From: Nageia nagi
Taxonomy: Eukaryota > Plantae > Pinophyta
Direction: 5' to 3'
NCBI GenBank assembly: GCA_050084985.1
Contig: JBITNC010000001.1
Span: 138,880,001-138,944,000, forward strand
Length of the DNA stretch: 64,000 nucleotides
Shown here: piece after piece, positions 12,890-22,439 of the stretch
How positions within the stretch are numbered: position 1 is the first letter of the stretch
Layout of the letters: each line of letters opens with the position of its first letter
Notes under the pieces: generated by a model
Told to the model about the DNA's origin: nothing
Database searches by the model: none
The model's input: only the letters and a program-made list of their open reading frames with translations
Translations under genes and position numbers: made by a program

Positions 12890-14002
12890 TATACAAGACA
12901 AATTTCTTGGATAGAAAGTAATGCATTGCTTCGAAAGTAATGCATTGCTTCTTTACTGAATGAATATTAGCGCATAAATATTTATTATATTTTGAGTATG
13001 CCTTTTTTATTACATTTAATTTTTCAAAATATATTTCTTCATATAATTTTCCTTCAATATTAATGTTATTGGCATCATGGTTATTTATAATACTTTGTTG
13101 AAATCTAGTAAGATTAGAACTTGTTAGTCTATTATTGTTCAGCAATAAGACCACATAAATTTCATTAACATATTTATTCAACTTATAGAATATAATTAAG
13201 AAATGAAAAATCCTTACTTTAAAGAGTCCTTGATGATGATCAATTAATAATTGCTTTTATTTTCTCAGAATATTCCAAATGGCAAGTATATTACCTCCTT
13301 CATTAAGCTACAAATTTTCAAATCGACCAACAGTTCCATTTTTTTCAATCATAAACCTCCTCCTCACCAAATTGTTGCTCCTTGTTCTTGGTAAACAACA
13401 AAATATCATCAAAATATCAACTAATTATTATTTCGTTGCGTAATCTTCCCCTTGGGTGTTTTTCTGCCGTAAAGAACGGAGTTAAAAATGCAAGGATTGA
13501 AAATCGTGGTATACAACTTTCGTGCCATTGGTACCGGACCTTTGGGCTGCGCGTATTTATTTGAAAGTTACCAAATACAATTGCCATAAACTTGACTAAT
13601 TGTCGATCGAGAAAACGAAGGACAACTGACCTACGCCGGAAGAAGCAAAGAAATTTCCAGGAATTTCCTTAGAAAACGTTCCGGAAATCATTGAAAGCTT
13701 TTCCACTAGTTGATTGTGGACTGAATGTTATATTAAGGCTTCCTCATATTATGTATTTATATGGGAATCGAAAGATGGCCACGTCTGTGCAAAAATTAGA
13801 ATGGCAAGCAAAAATGCGGCGAATCCGTTCTCCCGTCGAAACAAACAAAATAGATTCAATGTAAATGAAAGAAAGAATAGATATATGGTTGAATGAATGC
13901 TGATCTGCCTTGGGGTTAAACTGAGACAAAATATTACAGCAGCATTCCAAAAAAAAATAGAATAGTAATGAGATAATATAGTATAACAGTATTCCAAAAA
14001 AA

Positions 14003-14390
14003 CAGAATAGTAATAAGACAAAATAATCAAGCAGCATTCCAAAAAAACATAATAGTTAAATACTATTTTATCCTAATAGAACTCTAAAATAGTAAAACTT
14101 TAGAGATAATGAAATATGATTAGATCATTTTCAGAATAGTAACAATACAAAATAATCAAGCAACATTTGAAAAAAACATAATAGTTAAATACTATTTTGT
14201 CCGAATACAATTCAAAAGTAGCAAAATTTTTGAGATAATGAAATATCACTAGATTATTTTCAGAATAGTGATAAGACAAAATAATCAAGCAGCATTACAA
14301 AAAAATCATAATAGTTAAATACTACTTTGTTCCAATACAATTCAAAAGTAGGAAAACTTTAGAGAAAATGAAATATCACTAGATCAATTT
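14003..14390. repeat. 129-bp tandem repeat x3 in the LBD upstream region (copy B only)
   Basis: CAGAATAGT.A.AA.ACAAAATAATCAAGC starts at 14003, 14132 and 14261. Copies A and C have a single unit. Confidence 0.85.
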
Positions 14391-15329
14391 CAAGTGATAT
14401 TTTTAATTGAATTATAAATGAAGGTTTAAGTGAACAGATTGTGAGTATGTTGAGAAGGATTATCAATGAAGTATTAGAAACAAGAAAATAAATAAAATGT
14501 AATATAATTTGTAATATGGTTAATTAAAATTCAATAAATAATTATATATATTAAACTAAAACAAAAATGATTCATGCAATAAACTTTTAATTTAAAATTC
14601 TAATAAAATATATTTTATGAGGTAATTATTATTTATTATTTAAAGTTATATTTAAAAGTCTATTATTAGATGGAATATGTGCTTTTCGAAATGAAATATT
14701 TTAACAAAAGTTTTCTATTAAATAAGTATAAGATTTTTCAAAGATGATAACAAAAATAAATTTCTAGAAGGTAATAAAGCTCCTCTTGGATAAATCTATA
14801 AAAGACCAAAGATATCCTAATCAAAGTCAAAGTCATCCAGATTCAAACACCATTAGCAATTGACCTGTTCCATTAATTTTCGACCATTTCTATACTAGAC
14901 TTATATTTCTTCTACATGTTCCATCAATTGACGTACAAGAAGAAAAATCTGACCGGAATCCTCTTGGAAAACTTCGTGGGCTTTACTCATAGTAGGCAGC
15001 TGAGTACGCGTTTTATATTAGGGCTTCTTCAAGCTGTGTGAATACATCGAAAGAGGAAACATGGCTACAACGGGGTGCGGTGTATGTAGAATACAACGCA
15101 AAAAATGCAGCCCAGAGTGCATTTTAGCTCCATATTTTCCATCCAGCAATCCTGAAAAATTTGCAGTTGCCAAAAAACTTTTCGGAACTAGTCACATTCT
15201 CAAAACGCTTCAAGTAGTTTTTAAAAATCTGTTTTTTTGCACATTTGCTTTAGATTGGTTACCTAGTCTTACGTGGTTAAGATTGCAGAGAGTTCCTGTC
15301 GAGCAGAGATCAGATGGTGTGACTAGCAT

Positions 15330-15420
15330 TATTTCGAATCCGGTTTTTCATGAGCTTATAGAATCCGGTTTTATAGAACTTGTTACTGCACTTCTATAAA
15401 AATAATATTGTTTAATTGAA
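15330..15420. other. Templated filler DNA at the LBD/NAC junction
   Basis: AATCCGGTTTTTCATGAGCT (15337-15356) is identical to 16483-16502 and is an inverted copy of Copia RNase H sequence near 16629-16642. It is partly repeated at 15362-15372. CTGCACTTC (15386-15394) and TTGTTTAATTGAA (15408-15420 = 18900-18912) also match the Copia. Confidence 0.78.
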
Positions 15421-15764
15421 AGACGGTTCAGGGGAAAGCACACTGTCGTTTCAAGGTACTTACTGAAAATCAAACCCCCAGGGAAAATGGAGATGATGGC
15501 AGGGAAATCTCTTATGGCAAGACAGGGCTGCTTTTTGTTTGGTTATTGTTGGAAGGATTGGAGTGATGCATTCACTACGTCTTAGAAAGGGGTGGACTTC
15601 GCACTCTCACGAGTGTATTTGGTTTGCTTATGATATTTGGCATCTAGAAGCATTTCTATTTGCTGTATTATCGTCACTCCTTTTCTGAACCTTTTTTCTG
15701 TGTTTCTGCTACTATTGGTATATACATAGTTTGTTACTAGTGGATTTTAAAGGGAATTTCTTGG

Positions 15765-16427
15765 ATGGGGCAAGTTTCTTTACCACCTGGGTTTCGGTTC
15801 CACCCTACTGATGAAGAGCTTTTGAGTTATTTTTTGAAGAGAAAAGTGTGTGGGAAGAAGATTCAGGTTGATGTGATTCCTGAGATTGATCTTTACAAGT
15901 ACGAGCCTTGGAATTTACCAGACAAGTCTTGCCTACGAAGCAGAGATTTGCAATGGTACTTTTTCAGTGTTAGGGATAAAAAGTACCCTAAAGGATCTCG
16001 CTCTAACAGAGCGACAGAAGATGGCTACTGGAAAACCACTGGACGAGATCGGACTGTGTTTTCAACTTCTCGGAAAGTGGGGATGAAAAAGACTCTAGTA
16101 TATCACATTGGACGAGCTCCTCGTGGTGAAAGGACCAATTGGGTGATGCATGAATATAGACTTGAGGACGAGGAGTTGGATGTGTCAACCATAATTCAGG
16201 ACTCTTATGTAGTTTGCCGTGTTTTTCAAAAAAGTGGTCCTGGTCCCAGAAATGGAGAACAATATGGTGCTCCTTTTAGGGAAGAGGAATGGGATGAAGA
16301 TGAATCTTCCGTAGCTGTCACATTGCCCTGTTTAGAAGTGGGTCATGCACGACTTGATCCAAGCTGTTCAACTTTGACAAATGCGAACGAGGAAGATCAA
16401 TATAATAAGTTTTATATTGCTTCCTAA
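15765..16427 (+). CDS. NAC: Intronless, 3'-truncated NAC transcription-factor retrocopy (NAC2/ANAC078-ANAC053/ANAC082-like); 220-aa ORF whose last ~8 codons and stop come from filler DNA
   Basis: All NAC subdomains are present ([67 protein letters not shown]) plus [19 protein letters not shown]. It reads through both conserved NAC intron positions without an intron. Preceded by a ~340-nt leader; no activation or TM domain and no poly(A). Confidence 0.92.
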   Translation: MGQVSLPPGFRFHPTDEELLSYFLKRKVCGKKIQVDVIPEIDLYKYEPWNLPDKSCLRSRDLQWYFFSVRDKKYPKGSRSNRATEDGYWKTTGRDRTVFSTSRKVGMKKTLVYHIGRAPRGERTNWVMHEYRLEDEELDVSTIIQDSYVVCRVFQKSGPGPRNGEQYGAPFREEEWDEDESSVAVTLPCLEVGHARLDPSCSTLTNANEEDQYNKFYIAS

Positions 16428-16502
16428 CTACACAAAACATTGAAAAGGGTGATATTCTCCATTAGTGCATTATATTGCTTCCAATCCGGTTTTTCATGAG
16501 CT
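16404..16502. other. Templated filler DNA at the NAC/Copia junction
   Basis: 16430-16456 equals 19467-19493 (27 nt, direct). 16472-16496 is the reverse complement of 16629-16653 (25 nt). 16414-16424 is an 11-nt partial repeat of the latter. Confidence 0.9.
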
Positions 16503-19500
16503 CTTATTGCTTTGGTGAATACGTCGGCAAGCTGACGAGTAGATGGAACATAAGCAGTATTTAAAGTGCTAGCTTGAATTTTATCACGGATAAAATGACA
16601 ATCTATTTCAATATGTTTTGTTCTCTCGTGAAAAACCGGATTGGAAGCAATATGAAGTGCAGCTTGATTGTCGCAATAAAGAGTGGCTGAGTGTTTAAAT
16701 ACCCTGAGATCATGCAGTAAATATTGAAGCCAGGTGATTTCAGATGATGCGGAAGCCATTGCACGGTACTCAGCTTCAGCTGAAGATCTAGAGATAGTGT
16801 ATTGTTTCTTTGATTTCCAAGATATGGGACTGTCACCAAGAAACGTGCAGTACCCAGTGATGGAACGTCTGGTAGTGGGACAAGCACCCCAATCAGAATC
16901 ACAATAGGCAGTTAAAAGAAGTTGGCTTGAGGACGAGAGAAGGATGCCAGAGCCTGGGCAAGACTTGATGTATCGAGCAACATGAAGCGCAGCTTGCCAA
17001 TGTGGATCACGTGGTTGACTCATGAATTGACTGAGAACATTCACAGAGTAAGCAAGATCAGGCCGGGTGATTGTCAAATACAAAAGGCAGCCTACTAAAC
17101 GCCTATAGGAAGCAGAATCTTGTAGTAGAGAGCCATCAACAGGATTTAGTTTGAGATTTTGCTCCATTGGAGAATCACAAGTGCGTCCCCCAAGAGTTCC
17201 AAGATCAGCGAGTATATCCAAGGCATATTTTCGTTGGGAGAGAAAAATGCCCTGTTTAGAGCGAGCAACCTCGATCCCAAGAAAATATTTGAGTTTGCCC
17301 AAATCTTTAATATGAAATTTGGAGTTAAGAAACCGCTTCAATTCAGTAATGGAGGTAGGATCATTGCCGGTGATGATAATGTCATCAACATAAACAAGAA
17401 CAACTGTAAAAGAACTGCCTTGATATGAGGTGAACAAGGAGTAATCTGCCTTAGATTGAGAAAACCCGGCATCAAGAAGAGCTAAAGAAACTTTGGCAAA
17501 CCAATTACGAGAGGCTTGTTTGAGACCGTAAATTGATTTGTTAAGACGGCAAACTCGATGCTCCCCCTATTTGGAGAATCCAGGTGGAATTTTCATGTAA
17601 ACTTCCTCATCTAAGTCACCATGAAGAAAAGCGTTGTTGACATCCATCTGATATAAAGGCCAACCCCGGATGGTGGCAACAGCTAAGAGACAACGCACAG
17701 TATCAATTTGGCAACAGGGGCAAAAGTCTCATTATAGTCCAGGCCCTCGGTCTTAGTGAAGCCCTTAGAAACAAGTCGAGCTTTGTATCGCTCGATGGAA
17801 CCATCTGATCGGTGCTTGATTTTATAAACCCATTTGCAGCCAATAGGATGCTTCCCTAGAGGTAAAGTGGTGAGAATCCATGTATTGGTTTGCTCTAATG
17901 CTTTAATCTCAGCTGCCATTGCTTCCTTCCACTTAGGATGTTTGTTAGCCACATTAAAAGAGGTGGGTTCCTGTTCATTAGAAATTGAGCAAAGAAATGT
18001 ACGATGGGTAGGGCTAAACTTATCATAAGAGAGGAAATGAGAAATTGGATATTGTATACCTGTCAACGCAGGACCACTCGTGGAAGAATCAGTGGTGGGG
18101 TATACATGACCGTAAAATAATCTCGTAGATGGGATGGTGGGCGAGTGGATCTGCTGGATCGACGTGTATCATTAGATGGAGCTGTGGCTTGTGGGCTAGT
18201 GGGTTGTGGGGTGGGTGTAGGAGGTGAGGAGGGTGGGTTTGTGATTTCGAAAGAGGTGTGGGGACTAGGCTTGAGGGTGTGCTCCAGAGGTGGATCATTC
18301 TGTATAGAAGTAGGTACAACCAAAATGGGTGAAGAGGTGGTTATGGAAGAGTAATCAGGAATGGGAAGAGGTAGGACAGTATGTTGTTCTGTGGAATGGT
18401 CTATGTAAGGAAAAATAGTTTCGTGAAAGACAACATCTCTGCTAGAAAAGTACTGATGTGTTTCAAGATCAAAGAGACGGTAGCCTTTTTGTCCAGGAGG
18501 GTAGCCAACAAAAATACACCGTATTGCTCGAGGTCCAAATTTATCATGGTGTAAATGCCCATAGGAGGCATAACAAAGGCAACCAAAGACTCTTAAATGG
18601 TCATATGAGGGAGGCTTTTGAAAGAGGATCTCATAGGGTGTGCAACCATTAAGAATGGGTGTTGGAATGTGGTTGATCAAATATGTAGCAGTGAGAATGC
18701 AATCACTCCAAAAGGAAGGAGGGAGTTGAGCTTGGAAGTGAAGTGCACGAGCTACGTTTAGAAGATGACGGTGCTTTCATTCAACGACACCATTTTGCTG
18801 GGGTGTGGCAACGCAACTATGTTGGTGGAGAACACCATGATTATTGAAAAAGGATTGCATAACCTTGGAAAAAAATTTAGAACCATTATCAGTTCGAATT
18901 TGTTTAATTGAACAATTATATTGAGTTCGAACATGTGCAAAAAAATTGCAGATAAGGCCATAAGTATCAGGCTTAAATTTCATAAGAAATGTCCATGTGC
19001 AACGTGTAAAATCATCAACAATAGTTAAAAAATAACGAGCACCATTGGTTGAACTAGAATAACATCCCCAAATATCGCAATGTATTAATTCAAAAGGTGC
19101 AGTAGTACAAATCGAACTAGATGGGAAAGGTAAATGATGCTGCTTTGCAAGAGGGCAAATATCACAGGCAGAAGGAACATTATTGGATGAAAAAGAGAGA
19201 GTAGTCTGTAATTTATTGAGTCGGTCTGGAGCGGGATGGCCTAATCGTTGATGCCATAGTTCGAATGAAAGGGATGTAGATGTAAGGGCAACATGGGATG
19301 GGTCAAGATCAAGATAGTAGAGACCTCCGCGTTCATGGCCCCGACCAATCTCCTTCCTCGTCGAGAGGTCCTGAAAAATACAATAAGAGGGAAAAAATGT
19401 TACGGAGCAGTTTAAATGAATGGTGAGTTTGTGAACTGAAAGAAGATTATGTTTAAAAGTAGGTGCACACAAAACATTGAAAAGGGTGATATTGGGAGTG

Positions 19501-20808
19501 AGTTTAGATTGCCCAGAACATGTGATTGGTATGAAACTGCCATCCAGTATGCAAATAGATGAGGAAGAAACTGATGGCGGATGGGTATTATGCAATAAGT
19601 CAGGAACAGCAGTGACATGATCAGAAGCCCCTGAGTCTATTATCCATGTGGAAGGTGAATGAACAGATGAGTGTAAGCAAAGAGGCATACCTGTAAGGTT
19701 GGCAATAGGCTGAACAGTTACCACATTCAGCAAGCTTAGCAACCGTTGGTACTGATCAGAAGTAAGAGGAGGTGTCGTAGAAGCCGTGGAAGGAGCTGAA
19801 GATGTGTTGGAATCAGAAGGCCCTTGACATTTTGGTGGACAGTTTCCAAATTTGTGATTTGGTGGGTAGCCGTTCAACTTGTAACAGACATCACGGGTGT
19901 GACCAAGGATATGGCAGTAAGTACAACGCTCCTTGGATTTGTATTTTGGACGTTGATCAGTCGAATGAGAACATACAGCTGCATTTGCATGAGAGCCCGA
20001 AGCAACATTTGTAGAAGAAGCCATCATGGCTGAGCCATCAGATGTAGGTAGAGATTGAAGAAGGCGCTGTGACTCATCTTGTAGGATCAAGGAATAAGCA
20101 CGACCCAGAGAAGGGAGTGGATCCATGAGCAAAATCTGGCTACGAGCATGTGCATACGTATCGCTTAGTCCCATGAGAAATTGCATTAACCGTCAATTTT
20201 GAGAGTGCTCAGCAAAGGTGTGAGCGGCGTTGCAAGTGCATGCAGGCAGAGTGATGTATGTGGACAGTTCATCCCAATAGCTCTTCAAGGTATTGTAGTA
20301 TTTGGCAACATAATCATTATTCTATTGCAGAGTGGCAATCGCTCGCTCCAAAGAGAAGATACAAGGTCCATTGGATGGAGAGAAACGATCATGCAAGTCT
20401 TTCCATATAACGGAAGCAGAATCAGCATAGAGGACAGAGGGAGCCAGATCACAATGGATGGAGTTCAACAACCATGAGGAAACCATGTTGTTGACCCTAA
20501 CCCAAGCAGGGTGGTCTGCGTGGTCTGTTGCAGGTTTGGGAATGGTCCCATCAATGAAGCCTACCTTGTTTTTTGCCGTGAGTGCCATGAGCATGGTGCT
20601 GCACCAGGTACTGTAGTTGCCACCGGTGAGAGGATGGCTGACGAGATTAGTCCCTGGATTATCCGATGGATGCAGGAAGAAAGGATTATTAATGGCATCA
20701 AGGGAGGATGGGATGCTAGTATCAGCCATTGTTAAGAATATAGAAAAGGCAGATCGATTGCAGAGAGTTGTAAGAGGAAGAGAAAATAAATAATTTTTTC
20801 AAATTATT

Positions 20809-20820
20809 GCTCTGATACCA
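20809..20820 (-). promoter_or_regulatory. Primer-binding site (tRNA-iMet)
   Basis: Minus strand reads TGGTATCAGAGC directly after the LTR-terminal CA. Confidence 0.93.
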
Positions 20821-21012
20821 TGTCAAGATTGGAATATTGGTGACAAATTGATATCTTTCTCATTAACATAATATGTACAGGAAAGATGGACTGTACCAAA
20901 TGTAGGAATAGAAAGTGATTCCTTATTTTAAGGAAACCTACAGTAAAAATCAGGAAACTACAGGTGTAAAGATATATACAAACATATACAAAGATATACA
21001 ATGATTCTGTCA
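20821..21012 (-). repeat. 192-bp 5' LTR of the Ale-like element
   Basis: Minus strand TGACAG...TTGACA, bounded by the PBS on one side and by resumption of LBD homology (21013) on the other. No second LTR is available to confirm it is complete. Confidence 0.75.
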
Positions 21013-22439
21013 ATAGGAGATGCGCAGATGCCGTTTGAGGAATTCATGTCGCAGAACGTGGAACCATTGCGGTTATGGGAACTTTAGATGTAATAAGAAA
21101 AGGGTAACTATAGCTATTTTATTTTCCTTTTGGGGGGAACTTGTATTATTACGAGTCTAGACATTATAGAAATAATATTGTTATTCCCTTTCTTTTTATT
21201 ACTCTCTTTTTCCATGAAAGTGATGAAAGAAATTCTTGCGTGTTAAGGTTCGGTTGCGAATAGTGGTCATTTGTAACTTTCACATTAAGATCTCATATGG
21301 TTTCTGTTCACGAACTAGAAACGACCAGCAAATTCCTCACACAATTGAACCAAAACGCGAAAATTTCAGCTTCACTACATACAATAGAATCGGAATATAG
21401 TAATGCAGTGTATATCGTTTTGCTATCAGAACAAACATCTATATCCATGTAAATTTATATAAATTTATACAGAAGATGGGTTATATTGACACCTTTAGTA
21501 CTGTTATTCTACTCAATTTCTTTTTGTTGTCGACTTTTATGTTATTTGCCAATTTCTCGTCGATATCATATATGGTTTCTTTGTCACTGTCTATTAGTCA
21601 TGAATGGGGTCTCAGATATGATCTTGTGAAATTGTTATACTTCTTTCAGCACTCGTTCTTCATGTTTAGATTTCATCCTCTGAAATTATTACCTGCTACA
21701 AGACGTGAAGTAATACGGGAATCAAAATATATGAAGTAATTCTGAAATCAAAATATACTTTAAGAAATTTATGTTCAATGTAAATTATTTTCTATCATCT
21801 TTCATTCGAAAAACCGTATAGCTTAGCTCTAAATACCATGCAAATTGAAATGTTCTAGTAATATTCTTAAGGAGTTGTTTAGGTAAGAGATTTTTTTTGC
21901 CTTGTGTGTACTTTGAGTAAATTTCTCAACAAAGGTTTGACTTCATATTTGGCAAAGCTAAACGTACATATTAGTTTCACGAATTCGCATGAGAAGTTTT
22001 CAAATCTACGTATATTCATGAAGCTAATGAAACATTTTAATTTTACAAATATGTAACACTATCTTTCCTTAAAAAATCTAGGTTTACAAATTTGTTAAAA
22101 TATTATGTCATCTTCGTGAACGATACATTAGTTCCGTGATATATGTAAACTTACATTTTAAAAAACTTTGCCACATATTAGTGAAACTTCCGAATAGATG
22201 AAGGAGAAAAACAATCATGCACCTTCATGAAACTAAAATGTAATATTATTTTCATGACTCAAACCTTTTTAAAAAATAAAGCAGACCATGCTTCTCGAAG
22301 CTACCAACTTTCTGGATGCAAAGTACATTCAATTGATGTAGGCTGGAAAGCTCATTAGAAGCCAATGGAACTCTGAAGAACCTACAACAAATAGTATTTC
22401 ATTCCTTCAAATTTGGCCAAGCTATTAAAGTAAGCATGA

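Larger units (their letters stand above)
16503..21012 (-). mobile_element. Relatively young Ty1/Copia element (Ale/Retrofit-like) with a single 5' LTR, 3'-truncated at the end of RNase H (no PPT, no 3' LTR, no TSD)
   Basis: gag from ATG 20729 (FFLHPSDNPG, AKNKVGFIDG); zinc knuckle CTYCHILGHTRDVC; protease WIIDSGASDH; integrase LWHQRLGHP, IHCDIWG, PQQNGVVE; RT YKARLVSKG, VYVDDI; RNase H YCDSDW...[10 protein letters not shown] handful of stops and frameshifts. Confidence 0.93.
15061..21087 (+). pseudogene. LBD: Disrupted class I LBD/LOB-domain gene, copy B: exon 1 15061-15213, intron 15214-15288, exon 2a 15289-15329, exon 2b 21013-21087
   Basis: CX2CX6CX3C block CGVCRIQRKKCSPEC; GT..TTGCAG intron at the same position as copy C; exon 1 is ~91% identical to copy C (14 of 153 nt differ). 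A 5.7-kb insert replaces the 178 bp that encode the end of the GAS block and the leucine zipper. The tail IGDAQMPFEEFMSQNVEPLRLWEL* resumes at 21013. Confidence 0.92.

Noticed and set aside
15061-15399. 112-aa single-exon LBD ORF from the ORF track
   Set aside because: It reads through a 75-nt in-frame intron and into filler DNA (SNPVFHE is Copia-derived), so it is not the native protein.
15337-16502. 20-bp direct repeat flanking the NAC segment as a LINE-type target-site duplication
   Set aside because: The 20-mer is absent from the intact LBD target and derives from inverted Copia RNase H sequence; there is no poly(A) tail.
16424-16505. C-terminal extension of the Copia RNase H ORF ([12 protein letters not shown]...[10 protein letters not shown])
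   Set aside because: Translation of filler DNA, not a genuine domain.
17159-20735. Plus-strand ORFs overlapping the Ale-like element
   Set aside because: Antisense shadows of gag-pol with no independent motifs.
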